Of a stretch of DNA of 64,000 nt, positions 22,215-30,239 are shown piece after piece. This DNA is from Gemmatimonadales bacterium (GTDB lineage: Bacteria > Gemmatimonadota > Gemmatimonadetes > Gemmatimonadales > GWC2-71-9). Positions within the stretch are counted from its first letter, which is position 1, and the number at the start of each line of letters is the position of its first letter. Both the position numbers and the translations under genes were made by a program. A model generated the notes under the pieces. It was not told where the DNA came from and made no database searches. It saw nothing but the letters and a program-made list of their open reading frames with translations. Where the stretch lies: positions 32,001-96,000 of the forward strand of contig JBBCJC010000003.1 in NCBI GenBank assembly GCA_037189525.1. Direction: 5' to 3'.

Positions 22215-22679
22215 ATGAGGATATCGACTACGCTTGGTGCGGTGCTCTGTCTGGTCTGTGCGCAAGGGACAGCGGCGCAGCTGATGAGCCCTGCAACCTC
22301 GGCCGCCATGAATGGCGCAATCCAGGCCGCCGATCGCGAAGCGACCCTGTGGCTCGGGCTGATCCGGGACGACCGGGCCCGCGACGCCTGGAACCGAACG
22401 GCGCCGCACTTCAAGCAGCGAATCAATCGCGAGACCTTCGAACGGATCTGGTCGCCGCACTCGGGCCGGTTGCAGCCCGTCGTATCGCGGCGCAACACGG
22501 CCGTCCGCTACATCGCGGCCGCGCCGCCTGACCAGCCGGAAATGGTCGTCTTCGATACCCGGGTCGAATTCCGGGGTGGCACCTTGGGCGGCGAGACCAT
22601 TACTCTGGGCCTCGCCGAGGGGGTGTGGCGGGTCTGGGAGTACGCGGTATCGCCCGGAAGTACCCCCAGAAGCCGGTAA
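22215..22679 (+). CDS. Secreted DUF4019-like protein
   Basis: GGAGG RBS, signal peptide, WL.LI...AW...FK pattern, ETITL...WRV. Confidence 0.65.
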   Translation: MRISTTLGAVLCLVCAQGTAAQLMSPATSAAMNGAIQAADREATLWLGLIRDDRARDAWNRTAPHFKQRINRETFERIWSPHSGRLQPVVSRRNTAVRYIAAAPPDQPEMVVFDTRVEFRGGTLGGETITLGLAEGVWRVWEYAVSPGSTPRSR

Positions 22680-22764
22680 AAGTTGCTGGACTTCCCGGAA
22701 CGGCGTCGGGTAGCCATTCGGTTATATCACGATCCGCAAATAACTTAGCGTTGACCTGCCGGCG

Positions 22765-22779
22765 TGGCGTGGTTTCTGC
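22765..22779 (+). promoter_or_regulatory. Putative sigma54 -24/-12 promoter
   Basis: TGGCGT-N5-CTGC (GG-N10-GC) with an IHF-like CAAATAACTTA about 19 bp upstream. Confidence 0.4.
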
Positions 22780-22793
22780 CATTGGGTCGACCG

Positions 22794-24812
22794 ATGGCGA
22801 CTTTTGCCGCAATCGAGCCCGATCCGAAGCAGGCCCTGCCTCGGCGAGATCTGCCGCCCGTCCCTGACGAGCGGGGCGTGGCCGTGGTGCGTTTTCTGAC
22901 CGCATTCGGCAGAGCGCTGCAGAAGCGCCGGGTCTATCCGGACGGTCATCCGATGCGGCTGGCGGCCCAACAGGGGGCACTGGAGGCCCTCCGCCCCGTC
23001 TGGCAGGAGCGGCGCGCGCTGCAGGTCGGCGTGACCCGGACTCAACTCCTCTTCGATGACATTGCCACCGACCCGGCGCACTTCGCGTTACGCGACCTCT
23101 CGGCCCGACTCCACCGCCGCCGGGTGGGCAATCTGGTGCTCCGCGCCGGAGTGACGGCGACTGAGCTCGGGACGGTGCTCGAGCGCATCGACAACGACGA
23201 CGCGGAACCGATCGAGTCCTGGCGCTCCGATCATGCGGAGCTGGCGTCGTTGGCCTTCGACGCCCTGGTGCTCGATGAGCAGGGCGGCGGCGACCGCGAG
23301 ATCGACGCTCTCTGGCGTGAGCTGGTCACGGTGGTGTCCGGGACCGATGCCACCCACTCGCTCGGCGCCGTCCTGGCTCGTCGGCTCGGCGTCCCGGAGG
23401 TTTCGGCAACCGTCCGGCAGACGATGGAACGCCTGGGTCGGGTAGCGGCGGATCCGAGCGCAGCCGGCCGAGGAGCGGCTGAACGCCAATTGCAGGAACT
23501 GCTGGGAGCGGTGCCGTCCGAAGATCTGACCCGGGTGCTTGGGATTGTCCCGAGCAATCCGGAAGCTGGTGACGCCATTGCGCAGGTAACGGAATGGCTC
23601 CCGGCCCTGGCCCTGGTCGAGTTGATCGAGCAAGCGGCGGTAGCGCGCGGCCAGCCGATCTCGTCGCTGCTGCTGCGTATGCTGCGGAAGATGGCGCACC
23701 ACCCCTCCGCGGGACCGACATCTCGAACGCGCGGCGAGCAGGATGTGCGGGAGATCATCCGCGGCTTGCTCGACGGGTGGACGCTCGCCGATCCGAGTTC
23801 GGCGTCCCACAGCCACGTGCTGGAGTCGCTTTCCCGCTACGACCTGGTCGGTGCCGATGATGACATGCCGTCTGACGACGCTCTCCGAATCGTGCAGATG
23901 GCGGTCGAGACGGACACCTTCGGCGATCCCGTGGCGGAGGCCGTGGTGCGAGCGGCGACGACGGGCTCGCTCGACGCGGTCGTCGGGCTGGCTGATACGG
24001 CCTCCGACCTCATGGCGGCGCAGCTGTGGGGATTGCTGACGACCTCCGAAACGCTGCCCCGAATCCTGATTCTGTCGGATGATGAGAGCGAGGGCATCTG
24101 CCAGGTGCTGAGTCATACCGCGGCGGGGGTCCTGGCCGACGTGATGGATCGGACGGCGACCTTCTCGCCGGCGGTCCGTCAGTTGATCGGCGACCGGATG
24201 CTGGCCATCGGCGACGACCTGGGCCGAGAGATCAATCATCGCCTCGCATCGGCGGGCGAGGCGGAACGCCGCGAACTTCTGGCAGCTTTGCTGGATCTGA
24301 ATGAGTTGCCGGTCGGCCTCTCGGTGCGCAGCTACACCGAAGCGGAGGACCCGCTGCTCCGCCTCGATGCTTACCGGTTGACCTTTCGCCTGCCGAGCGA
24401 GCGGGACGAGGGGATTCACGCGGCGCTGGCCGACCCGGATGAACACGTCGTGGCGGCTGCCCTCTCGGCGGGTCAGGATCACTTTCCTCGCGCCTCGCTG
24501 ACGCGCCTCTTCGTCCTCGTCAACGGCACCGCGCGCAGCGAGGAGTTGCGTGCCGCCGCCGTGGCGATCCTGGCCCAGTTCGACGTGGCGCCCGTACGTG
24601 AGTGGTTGCTGAGCAACGTCGCATCCCGACGTGGTTGGTTCCGATTGCTTCGCTTGGCGCCCAAGTCTCCCGTCGTGGTCGCCCAGGTACGGGCCCTCGC
24701 GCAACTCGGCGGCCCCGATCCCGATCCCGCCGTACTTCGGGTCCTCCGGCTGGCTCGGCGATCCGGCGATCCCGATCTGGTGGCCGCGGCGGAAGGTGGC
24801 GCGACGCCATGA
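22794..24812 (+). CDS. Alpha-helical HEAT-repeat-like protein (start uncertain)
   Basis: Long helical ORF with HEAT-like C-terminus (ALADPDEHVV); N-terminal YPDGHP motif. Confidence 0.8.
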   Translation: MATFAAIEPDPKQALPRRDLPPVPDERGVAVVRFLTAFGRALQKRRVYPDGHPMRLAAQQGALEALRPVWQERRALQVGVTRTQLLFDDIATDPAHFALRDLSARLHRRRVGNLVLRAGVTATELGTVLERIDNDDAEPIESWRSDHAELASLAFDALVLDEQGGGDREIDALWRELVTVVSGTDATHSLGAVLARRLGVPEVSATVRQTMERLGRVAADPSAAGRGAAERQLQELLGAVPSEDLTRVLGIVPSNPEAGDAIAQVTEWLPALALVELIEQAAVARGQPISSLLLRMLRKMAHHPSAGPTSRTRGEQDVREIIRGLLDGWTLADPSSASHSHVLESLSRYDLVGADDDMPSDDALRIVQMAVETDTFGDPVAEAVVRAATTGSLDAVVGLADTASDLMAAQLWGLLTTSETLPRILILSDDESEGICQVLSHTAAGVLADVMDRTATFSPAVRQLIGDRMLAIGDDLGREINHRLASAGEAERRELLAALLDLNELPVGLSVRSYTEAEDPLLRLDAYRLTFRLPSERDEGIHAALADPDEHVVAAALSAGQDHFPRASLTRLFVLVNGTARSEELRAAAVAILAQFDVAPVREWLLSNVASRRGWFRLLRLAPKSPVVVAQVRALAQLGGPDPDPAVLRVLRLARRSGDPDLVAAAEGGATP

Positions 24813-26017
24813 ACGCGGAGTCGGGCTTTCTCATTTCGCTCGGACAGGCGCTGGCGGCAATGGCGCTCTATCAGGACGGACACCCGGCTCGTCTTCGGGC
24901 GCTGGACAAGTCGTTCGAACGGTTACTCGACGTCGCGCGCCATCACTCCTGTGTCGAATACTCATTCCTCGGTAGTGAAACGCTGGCCGGCAGCCGGGTC
25001 CTCGATGAATTGGCCCGCTGGGAGTGGGCTGCCAAGCTGGCGGAGGCGCGGATCGAGCGGATCGAGATCGACTCGGACGTGACCCGCGAAGCCTTCGTCG
25101 GCTTCGTCGAAGAGTTGTTCGATCAGATGTCCGGCCGGTGTGTCGATACCGCCCTGATGCGCCAGATGGTGCGCTCGCCGATTCGCTTTGGCCGGCTCAA
25201 GGTGCGCGGCAGCGGCGACGGCGTCGCTGCGCAGGCGAGGGCGGCCCAGGCTGCCGATGCCGTCGTGGTCAACCTCACGGAGGAAGTGGCGGCGACCAGC
25301 TGGATCCATGAGGCCGTCGGACGCACCGGTGTGGTCCCGATGGCGGAGGTGGAGAGCGTCGTCTGCTCGTTGGCGGCCACGATGCATCAGGAGGACCGGA
25401 TGCTGATGCCGCTGCTCACGCTCAAAGAGTACGATCAGTACACCACCACGCATGCCTGCAATGTGGCCGTTCTGTCGATGGGGCTCGCCGAACGTCTGGG
25501 TCTTGGTCCGTCCGAGGTTCGCGCGGTCGGCATTGCGGGATTGCTGCACGACATCGGCAAGGTCGCGATTCCGCACGATCTCCTGGTCAAACCGGGGCGC
25601 TATACCGAGGCGGAGCGGCAGATCATCCAGAATCATCCGGTCGAAGGGGCCAAGCTGCTGCTCAAGAAAGAGCGCGGAATCGGTTTGGCGGCGGTGGTTG
25701 CGTACGAGCATCATATCTACCTCAACGGCGAGGGCTATCCGGAACTGCGGTTTCCCCGCGCGGCACACTATGCCAGCCGGATCGTCCATGTCTGCGATAT
25801 CTATGATGCCCTCTGCACCGAGCGGCCGTACCGGCAGGCGTGGGAGCCGGACGAGGCCCTGGCGTACCTGCAGGAACAGGCGGGGCGCGAACTGGACCCC
25901 GATATGGTGACGGCGTTTAGCGACATGATCCGCGAGGCGCTGGTGCAGCGCGTCGTGGTCGATGCGGGGCAAGCCCCGGCCGTCTTGGATTCGCAGGCGC
26001 TGCCCCTTGTGAAATGA
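24809..26017 (+). CDS. HD-GYP domain cyclic dinucleotide phosphodiesterase
   Basis: YTTTH, LLHDIGK, HPVEG, HHIYLNGEGYP, CDIYDAL, RPYR; ATGA overlap. Confidence 0.93.
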   Translation: MNAESGFLISLGQALAAMALYQDGHPARLRALDKSFERLLDVARHHSCVEYSFLGSETLAGSRVLDELARWEWAAKLAEARIERIEIDSDVTREAFVGFVEELFDQMSGRCVDTALMRQMVRSPIRFGRLKVRGSGDGVAAQARAAQAADAVVVNLTEEVAATSWIHEAVGRTGVVPMAEVESVVCSLAATMHQEDRMLMPLLTLKEYDQYTTTHACNVAVLSMGLAERLGLGPSEVRAVGIAGLLHDIGKVAIPHDLLVKPGRYTEAERQIIQNHPVEGAKLLLKKERGIGLAAVVAYEHHIYLNGEGYPELRFPRAAHYASRIVHVCDIYDALCTERPYRQAWEPDEALAYLQEQAGRELDPDMVTAFSDMIREALVQRVVVDAGQAPAVLDSQALPLVK

Positions 26018-26092
26018 GCCCGATGGGGCGAGCGTAGTAGCCGCTGCAGGAGGTGTTGACTTATCCCTTCGACCGGATGGAGTGGACCAACG

Positions 26093-26353
26093 ATGGCTGA
26101 TGAGCAGTTGACCCCGATCGCCCCTGGACGCGTGGCGCAGGAACTCAAAGCGTTGTCGGACGGCCGCCATTCGGGTAAGTACGATAAGGACGAATACGAG
26201 CACCGATTCTCGCGCATGATCGGTGAGCTGCGGGATCGGCGGATTTCCGGAACCCGGGCCGAGATTCTGGCGGCGCTCACGCCGCTCCAGGCCGACGGGA
26301 CCGTGTCCGCGACGGACTGGGAGCGCTTGATCAAGCAGCTCGGCCTGGGCTGA
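26093..26353 (+). CDS. Small hypothetical protein (86 aa)
   Basis: GGAG RBS, typical codon usage, followed by a hairpin. Confidence 0.8.
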   Translation: MADEQLTPIAPGRVAQELKALSDGRHSGKYDKDEYEHRFSRMIGELRDRRISGTRAEILAALTPLQADGTVSATDWERLIKQLGLG

Positions 26354-26378
26354 ACCGATCGCGCGTCCGGCGCCCTAA

Positions 26379-26407
26379 GAGAGGCGGGTCTGACTGACCC
26401 GCCTCTC
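26379..26407 (+). terminator. Stem-loop, probable terminator
   Basis: 12-bp perfect stem GAGAGGCGGGTC / GACCCGCCTCTC with a weak U-tract. Confidence 0.6.
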
Positions 26408-26437
26408 GGCGTTTGGGGACCCGGTTATTCTTTACGG

Positions 26438-27670
26438 ATGGCCATGATTCCTCGTCGTCCGACGACCACCGTCGCCATCGGCTCCGTGCTGGTCGGCTCG
26501 GGCCATCCGGTCGTGGTGCAGTCCATGACCAACACCGATACCGCCGACGCCGAAGCGACGGCTCGGCAGGTGGCGGCGCTGGCGCGGGCCGGCAGCGAAA
26601 TCGTCCGGATCACCGTCAATACCGATGAAGCGGCAGCTGCGGTGCCGGCCATCGTGGAGGGGCTCGAGCGTCGCGGGCTGGCCGTGCCGATCGTGGGCGA
26701 CTTCCATTACAACGGCCATCTGCTGCTGACCCGCCATCCCGAATGCGCGCGCGCGCTGGCCAAGTATCGGATCAATCCGGGCAACGTCGGCGGCAAGCGC
26801 CATGACGAACATTTCCGGGCCATCATCGAGGTCGCGCTGGCCAACGACAAGCCGGTGCGGATCGGGGTCAACTGGGGGTCGCTCGATCAGCAACTGCTGA
26901 CCCGCATGATGGACGAGAACGCCTCGCGCGCCGAGCCGCTCGATGCGCGCGAGGTGATGCTGGAGGCGATGGTCGAGAGCGCCGTCGGTTCGGCGCGGCA
27001 GGCGGAGGCCATCGGCATGCCGCACGACCGGATCGTCCTCTCGGCCAAGGTGTCAGGTGTGCAGGATCTGGTGACGGTCTACCGCAAACTCGCTACGCGC
27101 GGTGACTATCCGCTTCATCTCGGCCTCACCGAAGCCGGACTCGGTATGAAGGGCATCGTGGCGAGCACGGCGGGTCTGTCCGTATTGCTGCAGGAAGGGA
27201 TCGGCGACACCATCCGCGTCTCGCTGACGCCGTCGCCGGGCGGCGATCGCGCCGAAGAAGTTCGGGTGGCGCAGCAGATCCTGCAGTCGCTCGAGATGCG
27301 CAGCTTCCAGCCGCAGGTCACCAGTTGTCCCGGATGCGGACGCACCACGAGCACGTTCTTCCAGGCCATGGCCGAAGAGATCCAGGGCTATCTGCGCGAC
27401 AAGATGCCCGACTGGCGCGGGGTCCATCCCGGGGTGGAGACCATGAAGGTTGCGGTGATGGGGTGCGTCGTGAACGGACCGGGCGAGTCGAAGCATGCCA
27501 ATCTCGGCATTTCGCTGCCCGGTACCTTCGAAGAGCCGAAGGCGCCGGTCTATGTCGACGGACGCCTGGTCACCACGCTCAAGGGCGACCGCATCGTGGC
27601 GGAGTTTCTCGAGATCCTCGATCAATATGTCGCAACCCGCTATCCGGCGGTTGCCCAGGTGGAGTCCTGA
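26438..27670 (+). CDS. ispG: HMBPP synthase
   Basis: [48 protein letters not shown]. Confidence 0.98.
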   Translation: MAMIPRRPTTTVAIGSVLVGSGHPVVVQSMTNTDTADAEATARQVAALARAGSEIVRITVNTDEAAAAVPAIVEGLERRGLAVPIVGDFHYNGHLLLTRHPECARALAKYRINPGNVGGKRHDEHFRAIIEVALANDKPVRIGVNWGSLDQQLLTRMMDENASRAEPLDAREVMLEAMVESAVGSARQAEAIGMPHDRIVLSAKVSGVQDLVTVYRKLATRGDYPLHLGLTEAGLGMKGIVASTAGLSVLLQEGIGDTIRVSLTPSPGGDRAEEVRVAQQILQSLEMRSFQPQVTSCPGCGRTTSTFFQAMAEEIQGYLRDKMPDWRGVHPGVETMKVAVMGCVVNGPGESKHANLGISLPGTFEEPKAPVYVDGRLVTTLKGDRIVAEFLEILDQYVATRYPAVAQVES

Positions 27671-27673
27671 CCT

Positions 27674-28366
27674 ATCGACGGCTCGATTTTCGAACGGCCT
27701 CTGGCGGCACTCCCGCTGCTCTTCGGAGCGGGACTGGTCACCAGTCTGACGCCCTGCGTCTACCCGATGATCCCGATTACGGCGGGCGTGTTGGGTGGAG
27801 CGGGTGCCGTCGGCCGTTCGCGCGGGCGGACCATCCTGCTCAGTCTGACCTATGCGATCGGGCTGGCCTCGGTCTATGCGACACTCGGCGTGATCGCTGG
27901 GGTGACCGGGAGTCTCTTCGGGACGATCAGTTCGAATCCCTGGGCCTATTTCGCGATGGGCAACCTGCTCCTGCTGGCCGGGCTCGCCATGCTGGATGTG
28001 ATTCCGATCCTGGTGCCGGAGCGGGTCCTGTCGTGGGCCGGGCGATTCGGCTCGCGGTCGCTGGGCTCGGTTTTCCTGATGGGAGCGACCTCCGGACTCG
28101 TCGCGGCGCCGTGTGGCGCGCCTGCCTTTGCCGCGGTGCTCACCTTCGTCGGGGCGACCCAGAGCGCGGGCCTGGGCTTCCTCTATCTCTTCGTGTTCAG
28201 CTTAGGGATGACGGCGCTGCTGGTGGTGATCGGGATCTTTTCCGGGACGCTCGCTGCGCTGCCCAAGGCGGGGCGCTGGACCGTGTGGATCAAACGGGGC
28301 GCGGGCGTCCTCATGTTGGCCATGGCGGAATACTACTTCGTGAAGATGGGGCAGGTATGGTTTTGA
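27674..28366 (+). CDS. CcdA/DsbD-type membrane thiol-disulfide transporter (probable ATC start)
   Basis: SLTPCVYPMIP and AAPCGAP motifs; the first motif lies upstream of the first ATG (27767). Confidence 0.85.
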   Translation: MDGSIFERPLAALPLLFGAGLVTSLTPCVYPMIPITAGVLGGAGAVGRSRGRTILLSLTYAIGLASVYATLGVIAGVTGSLFGTISSNPWAYFAMGNLLLLAGLAMLDVIPILVPERVLSWAGRFGSRSLGSVFLMGATSGLVAAPCGAPAFAAVLTFVGATQSAGLGFLYLFVFSLGMTALLVVIGIFSGTLAALPKAGRWTVWIKRGAGVLMLAMAEYYFVKMGQVWF

Positions 28367-28872
28367 TGCGATGGGTACGACAGGTGGCGTTCGCGGGTCT
28401 GGTCGGCGCGGGCGTTGGCGCTGCTCCACTTGCTGCGCAGTTCGACGCGGGGATTCCGGTCGGTAGCAAGGCGCCGGTGCTGGTGATCAACGATCTCGAC
28501 GGCAAGCCGGTCGACCTCGGTGCCTATCTGGGGCGGGGGCCGGTGCTGATCGAGTTCTGGGCCACCTGGTGTTCGTCGTGTAAGGCGCTCCTCCCGGAAC
28601 TGGCCCGTGTGCGCAAAGCCTTTGGCGACAAAGTGACGTTGATCGGCATCAATGTGACCGTCAACGAATCGCGGGAGCGGGTGCGGCGTTATCTCCGGAC
28701 GGTCGATCCGGGTTTCCTCGTGCTGTACGATGAGTCGGGCGCGAGTACCCGGGCGTATGACGTGCCGGGCACTTCGTATGTCGTCATGGTCGATGCGAGC
28801 GGCACGGTCGTGTACACGGGAACCGGCGGCGATCAGGATCTGGTGGCCGCGGTGCGAAAGGCGGTGCAATGA
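28366..28872 (+). CDS. TlpA-family thiol-disulfide reductase
   Basis: Signal peptide, FWATWCSSC; TGATG overlap. Confidence 0.93.
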   Translation: MRWVRQVAFAGLVGAGVGAAPLAAQFDAGIPVGSKAPVLVINDLDGKPVDLGAYLGRGPVLIEFWATWCSSCKALLPELARVRKAFGDKVTLIGINVTVNESRERVRRYLRTVDPGFLVLYDESGASTRAYDVPGTSYVVMVDASGTVVYTGTGGDQDLVAAVRKAVQ

Positions 28873-29459
28873 TGCGCAGCTGGCTTATTGCGGGCGGGTT
28901 GGTGCTGGCGGTCGTGGGCGGGCTCGAAGGGCAGGAGCAGCGTCCTCGGCTGGGTATGCTCGGCAGTCCGCGGGAGGGGCGTCCGGCCCCGGCCGCGGTT
29001 GCGCCGTACCACACCCAGGCGGGTGCGGGGCCGGTGGACCAACCCTTTCGGCTGTCGGCCGAACTCGGGCGGGTCGTCATTCTCGTGCTGGGCGGGGCGG
29101 TGGACTCGGCGGCCGGTCCGGCGTGGCGCGGGGTCGAGGAGCAGTTGGCGGGGCTCGTCTCTGGGCGGGTCATCCTGGTGGGCGCGGCGCGGGGTACCCA
29201 GGCTCAGGTGGTCGAGCTGGCTGCGGGGCTCCGGGCGGTGGAGCCGGAGGCGGGGGGGCCTCTGCCGACCAAACTCTTGGTCGATGGTGACGGGCAGATC
29301 CACCGCGCCTTTGGGATGGGGAATCGGGACCGGGGGTGGGCCACCTTCGTGATTGCGGACGACGGGCGGATCGCGGCCATCGTTCGGGGTGATCCTGCGA
29401 AAGCGGATTGGCGTGCCGCAGTCGAGGCCGGTGTCCGGAAGGGGCGTACCGCGCCCTAG
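28869..29459 (+). CDS. Secreted redoxin-fold protein lacking cysteine
   Basis: Signal peptide; LLVDGDGQIHRAFG and TFVIADDGRI redoxin-like motifs. Confidence 0.6.
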   Translation: MMRSWLIAGGLVLAVVGGLEGQEQRPRLGMLGSPREGRPAPAAVAPYHTQAGAGPVDQPFRLSAELGRVVILVLGGAVDSAAGPAWRGVEEQLAGLVSGRVILVGAARGTQAQVVELAAGLRAVEPEAGGPLPTKLLVDGDGQIHRAFGMGNRDRGWATFVIADDGRIAAIVRGDPAKADWRAAVEAGVRKGRTAP

Positions 29460-29576
29460 GGTGCGGCTGTCGGTCTTTATTCGGGCTGAAGGGGCGGCGG
29501 AGTCGTGCAGTTCGGGAGCCGCCCGAGCCGGTCGGTGGCTTGTCTCCCCGGTCGTTGGTTCCTATAACCGTGCAAT

Positions 29577-29623
29577 AATCAGCAACTTGCGACGCCCGTT
29601 CGAGTTCCGGCACGGGCGTTGCT
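29577..29623 (+). promoter_or_regulatory. IHF site plus sigma54 promoter upstream of the surface-protein gene
   Basis: AATCAGCAACTTG (1 mismatch to WATCAANNNNTTR) and CGGCAC-GGGCG-TTGCT (-24/-12). Confidence 0.55.
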
Positions 29624-29749
29624 GCCGTTCGGGGTCTGAGTGACCAGGAAGTGGGCGCTTGCCGGGACCGGGTGTAAGAAATTGCGTTCCGGGGTGGATA
29701 CGGACGGGTTCTCGATCGCCAAACTGTGATGCTGGTTGGGGTTAGGATA

Positions 29750-29778
29750 TTGACCCTCTTCGGGCTGAGCGTTATCTT
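29750..29778 (+). promoter_or_regulatory. Putative sigma70 promoter
   Basis: TTGACC-N17-TATCTT. Confidence 0.5.
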
Positions 29779-30239
29779 GGCGTGTTGTTTTCAGTCCGGT
29801 AGTCCCTGTTCGTCAGTCTGAAAGTTTGCGTGGGCCGTGGTGGGTTGGTACCGCCGTGTGTCCGTGCGTTTGGGGCTGGAGGGCGGGGGAAGGACGGCGA
29901 TAGCGGGTGATCGGGCGACTTTGGTCAGCGTTTTGTGCGCTGGCTCACAGCGCGCGATCCGCGGTATCGCTATGATAAGTCTGATACAGGATAATCAGAC
30001 TGAAAGCTGTGTTCGGCTGTAGGAAAAGCAGGCGGGATGTTCGGCTCGCGGCCCAGCCGCGTTCCGAGACTCGCACTCCGGAGTTGGACAAGTCCGGGTG
30101 CGGGGTACGATCGAGGCTGGCGTAAGCCGAGGTCACAGCAGGGAACATGTAGGACAGAGAAGTCGCCGGACAAAGAAGTGATGTTGAAGGATTCAAGTTG
30201 GTTGAATAGCGCAGGTCCAAACGTTCATAGGGGGAGTTA

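Noticed and set aside
27668..27670. Selenocysteine or readthrough fusion of IspG with CcdA
   Set aside because: The TGA is not at a catalytic position, IspG is already complete, and no convincing SECIS hairpin is visible
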